From positions 1 through 64,000 of the IMG/VR virus record IMGVR_UViG_3300043112_000063: 64,000 bases of DNA. The stretch is one strand, 5' to 3'. The translations under genes were made by a program, and so were the position numbers. Source of the DNA: a virus. The notes beneath the pieces are model-generated. The model was not told the origin of the DNA and did no database searches. It was given only the letters and a program-made list of their open reading frames with translations. How positions within the stretch are numbered: the stretch's first letter is position 1; each line of letters opens with the position of its first letter. Of the stretch, positions 47,735 through 58,798 are shown in pieces.

Positions 47735-48415
47735 ATGAATTTTTATGCAGTAATTCCTTCGGCAATACTCACAAACAATAACCTAAGTTCTAACGAAAAA
47801 ATACTTTATGGTGTTATATCGTCTATGACCAATAAACTAGGATATTGTTATGCAACGAATAACACTCTATCTGAATACTTTAAAAAGGATGGAGATACAC
47901 CACACCCAAAAACAGTTAGTAGATGGGTGAACAATTTGGTTGGACTTGGATATTTAACAACAGAGTTATTTATGGATAAGGGAACTCAGGAAAGAAGAAT
48001 TAGATTATCAGATAAAATTGTTATTAAAAGAGTAGAAAAGCCGATAGAAAAGAAAGAAGAAACAAAAGACGAAAGTAAAAAATACGAAGGATTTGTCAGT
48101 AAAGTAATTGCTTACTTGAATAGGTTAACAGGAAAACACTTTAGTGACAAAACAAAGAAATACGAAAAATTAATTATTAAACAAGTAAGAGATAATAACA
48201 GAACAATGGACGACTTTATGAAAGTAATTGAAGCCGCTAGTATTAATGAATGGTATGTAAAAAATCCACAGTACTTTGCACCTACAACATTATTTAGACC
48301 AGAAAAATTCGAGGCTCATTTAGCTGCTTGGACACAAAAAACAAGAGAGGCTATCTTTGCGACAAGTGGAGAAAAGCCAAAAACAGAAATTGATTTAAGT
48401 GAGAAGGATTATTAA
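47735..48415 (+). CDS. Replication initiator (HTH plus phage replisome-organiser C-terminus)
   Basis: YAVIPSAIL..LSSNEKILYG..GYCYATN; PTTLFRPEKF. Confidence 0.8.
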   Translation: MNFYAVIPSAILTNNNLSSNEKILYGVISSMTNKLGYCYATNNTLSEYFKKDGDTPHPKTVSRWVNNLVGLGYLTTELFMDKGTQERRIRLSDKIVIKRVEKPIEKKEETKDESKKYEGFVSKVIAYLNRLTGKHFSDKTKKYEKLIIKQVRDNNRTMDDFMKVIEAASINEWYVKNPQYFAPTTLFRPEKFEAHLAAWTQKTREAIFATSGEKPKTEIDLSEKDY

Positions 48416-49113
48416 TGTGGTGGGATGATGTTAATGTAGAGCCTTGTAGACTTAAAGATACGTGTAAATATTATGGTAAGCCTGGATGTAAAATAAACTG
48501 TGGTAGGTATTATAGAGCTAGATTATTATACGCAAATAGTAATCTTCCAATATCGGCATACGACTTGACGAAACTTGTTCCAGAAAAACAGGACGAGAAA
48601 TCTTTTGACATATGTAAATCTTTTCAAGATAACGTTGTTAATCACGTAAAAGAAGGAAATGGTATATATCTTCATAGTAGTAATGCTGGAAATGGTAAGA
48701 CAACTTGGGCGTACAAGATATTACATAAATACGTAGAACACCTAAGTAAAACGGATGAAGAAGGAAGTGTTTATTACGTTAACGTAGCACAACTGTTCGA
48801 ATTTTTACGTGTTAATATGAATAACAAAGAAGAAGTAGCGGAAGTAGAAAAAAGAATACTTGGTTCATCTTTAGTAATATTCGATGACTTAGGTGTAGAA
48901 TCTCCTACAACTTGGGTTACAGAAAAGTTATATACCTATGTTAATAGAAGATATGTAGAAAAGAAATCTAGTATTTTCACAAGTAATCTAAGTTTAGTTG
49001 AAGTACAAAAAAGATTGGGGAACAGAATTTTTGATAGAATACTTGAAACTTGTAGACCAGTTGAATTTAAAGGAACAAGTAGGAGAGTTACGAAAGCGTG
49101 GTGGAACAAATAG
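48415..49113 (+). CDS. DnaC/IstB-like helicase loader
   Basis: GNGKTT, IFDDLG, IFTSN, RIFDRI. Confidence 0.88.
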   Translation: MWWDDVNVEPCRLKDTCKYYGKPGCKINCGRYYRARLLYANSNLPISAYDLTKLVPEKQDEKSFDICKSFQDNVVNHVKEGNGIYLHSSNAGNGKTTWAYKILHKYVEHLSKTDEEGSVYYVNVAQLFEFLRVNMNNKEEVAEVEKRILGSSLVIFDDLGVESPTTWVTEKLYTYVNRRYVEKKSSIFTSNLSLVEVQKRLGNRIFDRILETCRPVEFKGTSRRVTKAWWNK

Positions 49114-50411
49114 TGACAGAATTACAATTATTGAACTATGTAATCGCAAATAAATCATTAGATTTACTTGTTCATAACAACATAACACCAGATAAGTTTA
49201 GTGAAGCATATATGATGGAAGCCATGTTTATCTTTAACCACCACAGCGAGTACGGTAAAGTTCCTGATTATCCAACTATGTTAAACGAGTTTGAGGACTT
49301 TGAAGTAATAGAAGTACTTGAAACAGAAAAATATCTTGTTTCTAAGTTTGTTGAGTCTCTTAAACAAAGATTACAAATAGAGGCGATTAATGAGTGGGCA
49401 AAAAAACTTGGTGGAAAAGATAGTGATGAGGCTTTTGTTTCTATCAGAAGAAGAGTTGAGGATATTGAAAACATTGATGTTGGTGCTTCTGTTGCTGTTG
49501 ATATTGTTAAAGATACAAGTAGACATCAAAGATACGTTGAGGCTTTAGAAAATCCAGATGTTTCAGGAATTCCAACTAACATTAAATTACTAGATGATAT
49601 TATACACGGAATACTTGATAACGATTTGACAGTTATTGCGGCTAGAACAAATCAAGGTAAATCATTCTGGGGATTAAAGTTAGCTGCTAATATGTGGGAT
49701 TTTGGTAAACGTATTCTTTTCTATTCTGGTGAAAATAGTGTTTTAAATACTGGATATAGATTCGACACTTTAACAGAACACTTTTCTAATAGTGGACTTA
49801 TGTTTGGAGATAAGAACTTAAAGAATGGTAAGACACCAAAAATGTACGAAAACTATATTAAGTCTTTAGCAGAAAAAACAATTCCGTTTTATGTAGTTAC
49901 TCCACAGGAGATAAATGGAGAGAGATTAACTATAACAAAGTTGAAAAGTTTAGTGAGACAGTACGAACCAGAAGTCATATTTTTAGACCAACTTAGTTTA
50001 ATGTCAGACGAAAGAGCAAAACGTAATCAAGGGGAACGCTTTAGGTATAGTAACATAATGGAAGACCTTAGGCTGTTTGTTGAAAGCCATCACATACCAG
50101 TTATTATAATGAGTCAGACAAGTAGAAACAACGCTAAAAATGATGATGGATTATTAGAGCCTGCACGAATAGAACACCTATCTGAATCAGATGGAGTAGG
50201 ACAAAACGCAACTAAAGTAATAACGTTCGCTGTTAATAAAGGTGTAATGCACGTTATGGTTAGAAAGAATACCAATGGAGAAAAAGAACGTGGTTTTAAG
50301 ATGATTTGGGATATTGATACTGGTACGTTTGAACAATTTTCTGACCCAGAAGATTTTGAACAAGTACCTCCAGACGAAGACGAAGAAGACAATAGAGAGG
50401 CTGTATTCTAA
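49098..50411 (+). CDS. dnaB: DnaB-like replicative helicase
   Basis: ARTNQGKS, FLDQL, SQTSR, ESDGVGQNA. Confidence 0.85.
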   Translation: MVEQIVTELQLLNYVIANKSLDLLVHNNITPDKFSEAYMMEAMFIFNHHSEYGKVPDYPTMLNEFEDFEVIEVLETEKYLVSKFVESLKQRLQIEAINEWAKKLGGKDSDEAFVSIRRRVEDIENIDVGASVAVDIVKDTSRHQRYVEALENPDVSGIPTNIKLLDDIIHGILDNDLTVIAARTNQGKSFWGLKLAANMWDFGKRILFYSGENSVLNTGYRFDTLTEHFSNSGLMFGDKNLKNGKTPKMYENYIKSLAEKTIPFYVVTPQEINGERLTITKLKSLVRQYEPEVIFLDQLSLMSDERAKRNQGERFRYSNIMEDLRLFVESHHIPVIIMSQTSRNNAKNDDGLLEPARIEHLSESDGVGQNATKVITFAVNKGVMHVMVRKNTNGEKERGFKMIWDIDTGTFEQFSDPEDFEQVPPDEDEEDNREAVF

Positions 50412-51415
50412 TGGACAACTATGATTTACTAGTAAACTTAGATATGGAAACATTAGTAAATGACCTAAGGGAAGAAATTAGATTTGATACCGTATATTTA
50501 AGGGATGTAAAAATAGCTGGAGATAATATAATGGTTTCGTGTCCTTATCACGCTGGTGGTATGGAAGAGCACGTTTCAATGGGAATTACATTAGAAGATA
50601 ACGATAAAGCCCGTAAAGGAACTTGTCATTGTTTTATGTGTAATACAACAGTTGATTTTTTAACTATGGTTGGTTTTGTTAACGGTGTTGATGACTTTGG
50701 TGCCTATGGTAGAAAGTGGCTTTATAAAAACTATCTTGTTTTTGACGATGAAGAAAAAAGAGAACCGATAAAAATAAATATTGGTAAATTACAAGGTAAA
50801 AATGATACACAAAAGATGGTAATAGATGACGAAACTGTAGAAAAATACAGTAAACAGATTCCAAACTATGTACTTAAACGTGGAATTAATGTTGATGTAG
50901 CATCGTATTTTAATGTTGGTTATGACGAAGAAAAGAATGCTGCTGTTTTTCCTGTTTATGATGAGAATGGTGTTTGTAGATTTATACAAAGAAGAATGAT
51001 AAATTATAAGTTTTTTGAAAACACAGAGGAGGCAGACAAAGCTTCCTTGTTGTATGGATTGGATAAAGTTTATGAACAGTTAGAGTATGATTCTGGTTTA
51101 GTTGATTTAACGGAGTTGTATGTTGTAGAATCTATTATTGACGCATTGTATTTATGGAGTAATGGTAAGTTGGCTGTTGCTACATTACAAGCAGTTGTAA
51201 CAAAAGAACAATTAGAATTACTTAGACAAGTACCTATAAAAAATATTGTTGCAGCACAAGATAATGATAAGTCAGGAAATATAGGTGCTAATTTATTAAG
51301 GAAAAAATTAAAAACTAAAATAATACGTAGATTACTGTTTCCAGAGGGTTGTAAAGACGTCAACGACTTGACAGAAGATTACATACGTGAAAATCACACG
51401 ACATTGGTATTTTAA
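50411..51415 (+). CDS. dnaG: DNA primase (zinc finger plus TOPRIM)
   Basis: CPYH..CFMC, VESIIDA, DND, KDVND. Confidence 0.88.
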   Translation: MDNYDLLVNLDMETLVNDLREEIRFDTVYLRDVKIAGDNIMVSCPYHAGGMEEHVSMGITLEDNDKARKGTCHCFMCNTTVDFLTMVGFVNGVDDFGAYGRKWLYKNYLVFDDEEKREPIKINIGKLQGKNDTQKMVIDDETVEKYSKQIPNYVLKRGINVDVASYFNVGYDEEKNAAVFPVYDENGVCRFIQRRMINYKFFENTEEADKASLLYGLDKVYEQLEYDSGLVDLTELYVVESIIDALYLWSNGKLAVATLQAVVTKEQLELLRQVPIKNIVAAQDNDKSGNIGANLLRKKLKTKIIRRLLFPEGCKDVNDLTEDYIRENHTTLVF

Positions 51416-51477
51416 CCCTTGTGTTTACAGTAAAAATATGTTATAATAAGGTAGTAAAAAATATAAGGGGGTATTAG

Positions 51478-52239
51478 ATGGATAGATTACCAGTAGCAGA
51501 AACATTTGGACCTACAATCCAAGGAGAAGGAAATTACGCAGGCAAAAAAGTTTTATTTATTAGATTTGCAGGCTGTGATTTTAGGTGTAGCTGGTGTGAT
51601 AGTAAATACACACACGTTATTACCAATGAAACAGAGTGGTTAAGTACTGAGGCTTTAATAAATAGAGTTAGAGCACTTAATGGAGAAGGCGTTTTTGGAA
51701 AAGGAAGAAAATGCGACCACATTATTTTAACTGGTGGAAACCCTGCTTTGTATAACTTAGATAAGTTTATTGATGGACTTCATAAAATGAATATGTTTGT
51801 TCATATAGAAACACAAGGTACTAAGTTTCCAGAGTGGCTACATAAGGTAGATAATGTTGTATTTTCACCAAAGGCTCCAAGTAGTAAGATGGAAGTTGAC
51901 CAACAAGATGTTGCAGAAAAGATTAATGATTTTGCTAAGAATAGAGAATTAGACGAAAACAAACACGTTATTGTTAAGATTCCTATTTTTGACGACATTG
52001 ATTACGATTGGGCAAAAGAATTTCATAGGTATTTAGATATGAGATTAATCGACCATTATTTCTTATCTGTAGGTAATAGTAATTTCAAACCAACAGATAC
52101 AAAAGACGTCATTGTTAGTGGACTTTTAGATAGTTACGATTGGCTTGTTCAAAAAGTACAAAACGATAGTTACTATAAAGATGTTTCCGTGCTACCACAA
52201 ATTCACACGTTGCTATGGGGCAACAAGATAGGAGTATAA
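51478..52239 (+). CDS. queE: 7-carboxy-7-deazaguanine synthase
   Basis: TIQGEG, CDFRCSWCDS radical-SAM motif, PQIH. Confidence 0.93.
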   Translation: MDRLPVAETFGPTIQGEGNYAGKKVLFIRFAGCDFRCSWCDSKYTHVITNETEWLSTEALINRVRALNGEGVFGKGRKCDHIILTGGNPALYNLDKFIDGLHKMNMFVHIETQGTKFPEWLHKVDNVVFSPKAPSSKMEVDQQDVAEKINDFAKNRELDENKHVIVKIPIFDDIDYDWAKEFHRYLDMRLIDHYFLSVGNSNFKPTDTKDVIVSGLLDSYDWLVQKVQNDSYYKDVSVLPQIHTLLWGNKIGV

Positions 52240-52249
52240 AAAGATAAAT

Positions 52250-52933
52250 ATGGATGATGTGAAAAGAAGAATTAAGTTGGAACCAAAACAAAAAGAAAAA
52301 CTTTTAGTTGCTGGAAAAGGAAGAATTTTAGAGCAGGAACTAGAGGAAATCGAAACGGATATTTTACCGTCTATTTATAGACTTATGGAAATGTGTGGTG
52401 GAGACCCTTCCGGAAACGGACAAAAGGATACACCATATAGAGTTGCAAAAGCCTGGATGGAAATGTCTGAGGGTTACACAGAAGACCCAAGAGAACATCT
52501 CAACACTTCGTTTGATTTAGATGACGGAGATAAGGAAATTGAGAAAGACGAGGACGATTTAGTAATTGTAGAAAACATTACTATTAAAAGTGTATGTGAA
52601 CATCATATCTTACCGTTCATTGGAACAGTAGATATTGGTTACATACCAAAAACAAAGGTATTAGGACTTAGTAAGTTTGCACGTTTAGTTAGAGGGTATG
52701 CAAGTAGATTCCAAATACAAGAGAAACTTGGTGCTCAGATTGCTAAGGCGATTATGGAAGAAGCAGACGCTAAGGGCGTAATTGTAAAAATAAACGCAGT
52801 TCATACTTGTATGATAGCACGTGGTGTTAGAGAAAAAAATTCTAATACAGTTACCGTTGCTGTTAGAGGTGTGTTTAAAGAAGATAAGATGTTAGAACAA
52901 AAATTCTTAACTGCAACAGGAGGAAACAGATGA
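52250..52933 (+). CDS. folE: GTP cyclohydrolase I
   Basis: CEHHILPF, GLSKFAR, QIQE, HTCMIARG. Confidence 0.95.
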   Translation: MDDVKRRIKLEPKQKEKLLVAGKGRILEQELEEIETDILPSIYRLMEMCGGDPSGNGQKDTPYRVAKAWMEMSEGYTEDPREHLNTSFDLDDGDKEIEKDEDDLVIVENITIKSVCEHHILPFIGTVDIGYIPKTKVLGLSKFARLVRGYASRFQIQEKLGAQIAKAIMEEADAKGVIVKINAVHTCMIARGVREKNSNTVTVAVRGVFKEDKMLEQKFLTATGGNR

Positions 52934-53382
52934 TTTTTGGAAAAAGTTATGTAACAAAAGAATTTACATTTGATGCTATGCATCAGTTACCCAACCACGA
53001 CGGATTATGTAAAAACCACCACGGACACACTTACAAACTACAAGTTACCGTTACGGGTCTTATAGATACAAATGAAGGCAAGGCTTCTGAAGGTATGATT
53101 TATGATTTTGGACATTTAAAGAAACTTGTTAAAGAGTTAGTTTTAAATAAGATGGACCACGCATTTTTGGCTAAAGGCGATGAGGAAATACTTCCTGAAA
53201 TAAAAAGACTTGGAACACGTGTTTGTGTAATGGGAGTTAGAACAACAGCTGAAAATATGTCAAAGTATATTTTTGAATTATTATCACCACAATTACCGAA
53301 AAATGTTTACTTAAAAAATGTTAGATTGTATGAAACACCAACTAGCTGGGCTGACTATACTTTAAGTGACCCAACTAAATAA
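52930..53382 (+). CDS. queD: 6-carboxytetrahydropterin synthase
   Basis: FDAMH, CKNHHGHTY, TAEN, ETP. Confidence 0.95.
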   Translation: MIFGKSYVTKEFTFDAMHQLPNHDGLCKNHHGHTYKLQVTVTGLIDTNEGKASEGMIYDFGHLKKLVKELVLNKMDHAFLAKGDEEILPEIKRLGTRVCVMGVRTTAENMSKYIFELLSPQLPKNVYLKNVRLYETPTSWADYTLSDPTK

Positions 53383-53405
53383 TTATAGAAAAGGAGAAAT
53401 TAAAA

Positions 53406-54302
53406 TTGAAAGAACTTAGTGCATTAAAACAAGCGATTAAAGAAAACGCCACCACAAGTAAGGATTATTTTGTACTGGAGGATGACGGAGATAAAGCAAC
53501 GGTTGTATTCCTACACGCCTCAGAAGAAGATATCGATTGGGGAAAAGTTTACGAGGTTAAACTACCTATCGAAGGAGAAAACAAACAAATCAAAAAGTAC
53601 GTTTTATCTAAGGGAGACGATGACCCATTAGCAGGAATGTATAGAACAAAAGTAAGAGCGTTATTTCAATTGGTTGAATTAGACGAAGATGGAGAATTTA
53701 GTGATATCAAAGTTTGGGACAGAGGACCTAAACATATTACTCAGTTATTAACGTTTATGGAAACTGTTGGACCGCTTAACACGTACCCAATTACTATTGT
53801 TAGAAACGGTAAAAAAGGCTCTACACAAACAACATATCAAATGATTACTGGTAGAGAAGACATTGACCCAGAAGAAGTTGGTTTACCAAAACCAGAAAAC
53901 TTGACTAAAACAGGAAGATACATTTTAGATTTAAGTATTGAAGATATGCAAAAAGTTGCTGACGGAACTTATGAATTACCTGCTTTTGATAAGAAAGACA
54001 AAGAAGAAACTACGCAAAAGAAAAAAGGTAACGCATTTAGTAAAGGTGTAAAAATTGTCGGTAAGAAAAATAAACAAACGGAAGAAACACCTAAAGATGC
54101 ACCACCAAAACCAGTCTTTAATCCTGATACTGGAAAATACGAAGTTCCAGCAAAAGAGGAACCTAAAAAACAAACACCACCACAACCAAAATTAGTTGAC
54201 GGTGAATGGCATACACCAGTATTAAATAACGAAACTGGAGAATGGGAATTTCCTACACTAGAAGGACAGGAAGAAGACGACGAACAGACAAATATGTTTT
54301 AA
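53406..54302 (+). CDS. Putative single-stranded DNA-binding protein
   Basis: IKVWDRG..ITIVRNGKKG..TTY; acidic C-terminus ending in F. Confidence 0.6.
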   Translation: MKELSALKQAIKENATTSKDYFVLEDDGDKATVVFLHASEEDIDWGKVYEVKLPIEGENKQIKKYVLSKGDDDPLAGMYRTKVRALFQLVELDEDGEFSDIKVWDRGPKHITQLLTFMETVGPLNTYPITIVRNGKKGSTQTTYQMITGREDIDPEEVGLPKPENLTKTGRYILDLSIEDMQKVADGTYELPAFDKKDKEETTQKKKGNAFSKGVKIVGKKNKQTEETPKDAPPKPVFNPDTGKYEVPAKEEPKKQTPPQPKLVDGEWHTPVLNNETGEWEFPTLEGQEEDDEQTNMF

Positions 54303-54323
54303 TAAAAAACGGAAGGACTAACG

Positions 54324-56898
54324 ATGAAAAGAGGAGTACTATTTGATGGCTTTAAAACGCCAAAAGTAAAAGACAAAGAAAAGATAAAAAAGTTAGTCGC
54401 AAAAACTAAAAATCCAAAGTCAAGGAGAGGCTCTTCACGTAATTTAAGTATTGATGAGTGTGTAAAAAGAGTACGGGAATATTCACTTAGAGTTGCCGAA
54501 AGGTTGCCAGAGTACACTTTTGATTTAATTACGGACGAGGAGACACTTAACAATTACTTGGAAGCCTCAATTGACAATGGAGTATTATCTTTAGATACCG
54601 AAACAACAGGACTTGATAAGGACGATAAAGTTGTCGGTATTTGTATTTATACGCCAGGAATGAATCCATCATACGTACCATATAATCATCTTAATTACGA
54701 GTACAATGTAAACGTAAAGCCGTTTTTAGAAGAAGTTATGAAACTTAGTCAAGAGGAAAAGTTAATTGTACCTATGGCTAAGGCTACTTATGACCAACGA
54801 AAAATTAAAGACACATTTGAGATGGACGATTATATTCGTTGTTTGTGGGATGTTCAAATAGCTGGAAAGTTTTTAAATGAGAACTTAAGAAAATATGGTC
54901 TTAAAATATTGTGGGAATACTATGTTATGAAAACACCGTATGATAAGATAAAACCAGACGATTATAAAAGTTTGTTTGGTAGTCATAGTTTCGACGAGTT
55001 TAATCCAGAGGATGTAATTACATATCCTGCTTTAGACGGTTTGATGACACATCAAGTTTACGAATTTCAGTATGAATATTTAGGAGAAAATGGTAAATAC
55101 ACAGATAAGGTTGGTCTTAGAAGTGCTGTTGAAACACACAAAATGTGGAGCAGACTTATTGAAGTCGTTTCTGGAATGATGGACAATGGTGTAAACATTG
55201 AAGATGAGGCTATACAAGAGTTAGGAGACTTACTACAAGCACAAGCACACGAAAAACATTTGGCTTTTGATAGTGCAGTAGACGATGTAGCAGAGGAATT
55301 CTTAACACCACTTATGAACAATGACCCAGAGTTATTTAGTAAAATAGAAAGACCACTTAACCCAGCAAGTCCAGCACAACTATCAATTCTTTTTTATGAT
55401 GCTATGCATTTACATCAATATAAAAAACGTAGTGTTGACGAATCTGTTGTTGAGAGGTTACTTAAAAAATATCCACAATACGCTAAAATGTTCAACGCTT
55501 TGATGGACTATAGAAAAGTACAAAAACTATTGAGTACTTATGTTGAAGGTTTACAAAAACGTAAAAATGAAAAAACTGGTAAAATACATACACACTTTAA
55601 AATATATGGTGCGAGAACAGGAAGATATTCTAGTTCGGACCCTAACTTACAGAATATACCAGTTAGAACAGAACTTGGTAGACAAATAAGAAGAACTTTT
55701 GTTCCTAGTGAAGGACATTATTTTATAGGTTCCGATTATAGCCAACAAGAACCACGCCTTCTTGCTTTTGCATCTGGGGATAAGAATATGATTAACGCTT
55801 ACCTTAGCGGAAAAGATATTTATGCAACAACTGCAGCCTTAGTTTATAATGTACCTTACGAGCATTGTTTAGAATCTTACGGTAAAGAGGGTAAAAAGCG
55901 CCGTACAAGTATGAAGTCAGTAATACTTGGTATAATGTACTATAGAGGAGCAAACAGTATAGCGGAGGAATTAGGTATCTCTCCAGGAGCGGCAAAAAGT
56001 ATTATAAGTAAGTTTTATCAGAATTTTCCTACTATTAAACAGTACGTAGATGACTCTATAAACTTCTGCTATAAAAATGGTTATGTTAAGACCGTTTGGG
56101 GAAGAAAAATACGAATACCTGAATTACAATTACCACCTTACGAATACACAAGTAAACTTAAATTAGATGCTGAAACAAAACAACAGATTGAAGCTGATTT
56201 ATCTAATATTTGGAATAGGGATAAAAAACGTGAACGAATTAGTTGGTATAAGAAAAACTATGGTATTAAGATTAAAGATAATACAGGAAGAATTCATGCG
56301 GCAAAAAGACAAGTTGTAAATAGTATTATTCAGGGTAATTGTATTGCCCTTACATATTGAACCCTATTACTCGGGGGTGTCGTAACAATAACAAAAAATA
56401 AGTTACGGCTAACGGGGAAGCTTAAGTCGAAAGATATGGTAATCCCGTGCTAAGATTTTAATTGAAAAAGTTAACCTCTTGACATTTAGTTATATTAGAA
56501 TAAAGTGTAACGACTATTCCCGTTGTTGGGAAGTACAGCCGAGGATGAGTTACGGTTGGAAGAGGTATGAGACACACAAGTGTCTAAGAGATAGTCTGTG
56601 CTTATAGAAATATAAGAATAACACGAGTGCTGCAGATATGATTAATGAAGCATTGGTTATGGTTGGTACTAACAAAAGATTTAAAGAACTTGGTGGAAAA
56701 CTTCTTATTACTGTTCACGATGAAATTATTGGAGAAGCACCAAAAGAAACAGCTGAAGAAGCGTTACAACTTATGATTAGATTAATGATAGAAGCTTCGG
56801 CCAAAAAAGTATCTGTACCGATGAAATGTGACGGAGAGATACTAGAAAGATGGTCGGGAGAAAATATAAGGGATAGGATTGCTAATGAACAAACATAA
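54324..56898 (+). CDS. polA: Family A DNA polymerase, join(54324..56336,56626..56898)
   Basis: DTETTG, SDPNLQNIP, DYSQQE, NSIIQG/SAADM restored by splicing, VHDE. Confidence 0.93.
56337..56625 (+). mobile_element. Group I intron in polA (289 nt, no endonuclease ORF)
   Basis: P1 pairing GGGU/GCCC, GCTAACGGGGAA, CGACTA, GAGATAGTC, terminal G; frame restored. Confidence 0.9.
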
Positions 56899-57175
56899 TA
56901 AAGTAATTAAAAAGATTAAAAGTTTACATAAATTAGTTACTCCTACTTTTAGAGAATACGAAACAGAACTTAAAACCTTTATTAGTCGGTATGGATATGA
57001 TGCGGACACATTTAAAATAATGGATACTATGTGGCACATAATTGTTTATGAAAAAGAAACACGGACATTATGTGCCGTCATTAAAGTTGGCTTTAGAGGT
57101 AAGGAACATTGTACGACGTATAATGTTAAATTGTATATGAAGGAGAAGACTATTGAAAAAGATTTTATTGTATAG
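56879..57175 (+). CDS. Hypothetical protein
   Basis: ORF overlapping its neighbours. Confidence 0.55.
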   Translation: MLMNKHNKVIKKIKSLHKLVTPTFREYETELKTFISRYGYDADTFKIMDTMWHIIVYEKETRTLCAVIKVGFRGKEHCTTYNVKLYMKEKTIEKDFIV

Positions 57176-57887
57176 TGGCGGACTCGATTCTTGGCTAATT
57201 AATAAAATATGGAAACCAGATATTAAGATATATGTTGATATTAATGGTGCATATAGTAAAGAAGAGATTTCAAAGCTGCCAGAAGATGTAATTGTAGAAA
57301 AATTAGATTTAGGAAAATGGGAGCTACCTAATAAAATAATCCCAATGAGAAACTTATATTTCTTAATGGTAGCAAGCAATTACGCTAAAGACGACAAGTA
57401 CGAACAGTACGAAATATGTCTAGGGGCAACAGCTGGAGACCGTGTACTTGATAAAAGCGTTGAATTTGCAGATAAAGTAACTGATTTATTCAACTATTTA
57501 TACCAAGAACAATGGTGGACTAAACAAAAACACTTTAGAATAAATCTCGATTTTAAAGATTACACAAAAGGAGATTTATTAGAACAATACTTAACTATGA
57601 ACGGTACTTTAGAAGAGGCTTGGGAAAGTAGTTTTAGTTGTTATAATCCACAAGAAGACGGTACAGAATGCTGGTCTTGTAAACCTTGTTTCCGTAAGTT
57701 TGTTACATTTTATATGGAAGGTATGACATTCGATAAGGAAAAAGAAGTTCGTATTTTAAACTACTTAGAAAAAAATATCATTCCAAAAATAAAAAGTGGT
57801 TCTTATGGACGTGGAAAAAAAGAAGAAGGAGATATTGTGACTGTTTACGAACACTTACGTTCTAAGTATCACAATATAAAAGCGTAA
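57153..57887 (+). CDS. queC: 7-cyano-7-deazaguanine (preQ0) synthase
   Basis: LYSGGLDS, IPMRN, SCY...CWSCKPC. Confidence 0.88.
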   Translation: MKKILLYSGGLDSWLINKIWKPDIKIYVDINGAYSKEEISKLPEDVIVEKLDLGKWELPNKIIPMRNLYFLMVASNYAKDDKYEQYEICLGATAGDRVLDKSVEFADKVTDLFNYLYQEQWWTKQKHFRINLDFKDYTKGDLLEQYLTMNGTLEEAWESSFSCYNPQEDGTECWSCKPCFRKFVTFYMEGMTFDKEKEVRILNYLEKNIIPKIKSGSYGRGKKEEGDIVTVYEHLRSKYHNIKA

Positions 57888-58789
57888 TGGGAAAGTTTAA
57901 TACCTACTATGCCGGGATACAGTGTCCTGAGGCCGACGAGTATATAAACGAGCACGGCTTATTAAGGTTATTAAGTTATTGGAATGATAAAAAAATGTTT
58001 GAAAAAAGATGCAAAGAAGGTCTAAAAACATTTTTAGATAGTGGTGCGTTTACAGCGTGGACTAAGAACACAGAAGTTGATATTGATGAGTATATTGAAT
58101 ATGTTAATAAGTGGGACGATGGAATAGACCATTTTATTCAGGTCGATGAAATTCCAGGAAAAAAAGGATACACACCAACACCAAAAGAAAGACTAGCGTC
58201 TAACCAAGTTACTTGGAATAATTATCTTTATATGAGAGAACGTGTAAAAAGTCCTGACAAATTAGTTCCTGTTTTTCACGCTGGTTCAGATATTAATATA
58301 CTAAGAAGATTACTTGAGTTCGAACCAAAAATAGACATGATTGCTATTGGTAACATTGTTGGAAAAACAAAAGCGGAAAAAGAAGCTAAGTTAGAAGTTA
58401 TATTTAATGAAATAACTAGAAGTAGTAACCCAGATGTTAAGATACACGCATTGGGAGTTCAAGATTTTAAATTAAGTGAAAAGTTTCCTCTTTATAGTGC
58501 CGATGCAAGTAGTTGGATAATGGTTAGCGCAAACGGTGGAATAATGAGTGAGTTTGGACCTATATTAGTAAGTGAGAAAAGTACGGAAAAGAAAAACCAC
58601 TATGAAAACCAATCACCGCCAGTCAAAGAAAAAATAGATGAGTTCATTTCTAAATATGGTTACACATACGAAGAGTTAAGTAAGGACTATAAGAAAAGAA
58701 CCTTATTTAATATTAAGTGGTTGGACGAAAGAAGTAAAAACTATGTTTGCAAGTATCACTTACGTAAAAAGAAAAACACACTATTTTAG
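57887..58789 (+). CDS. dpdA: DpdA-like (TGT-fold) DNA guanine transglycosylase
   Basis: FLDSGAFT, VPVFH, IHALG, SADASSW; clustered with the que genes. Confidence 0.8.
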   Translation: MGKFNTYYAGIQCPEADEYINEHGLLRLLSYWNDKKMFEKRCKEGLKTFLDSGAFTAWTKNTEVDIDEYIEYVNKWDDGIDHFIQVDEIPGKKGYTPTPKERLASNQVTWNNYLYMRERVKSPDKLVPVFHAGSDINILRRLLEFEPKIDMIAIGNIVGKTKAEKEAKLEVIFNEITRSSNPDVKIHALGVQDFKLSEKFPLYSADASSWIMVSANGGIMSEFGPILVSEKSTEKKNHYENQSPPVKEKIDEFISKYGYTYEELSKDYKKRTLFNIKWLDERSKNYVCKYHLRKKKNTLF

Positions 58790-58798
58790 GAGGAAAAG

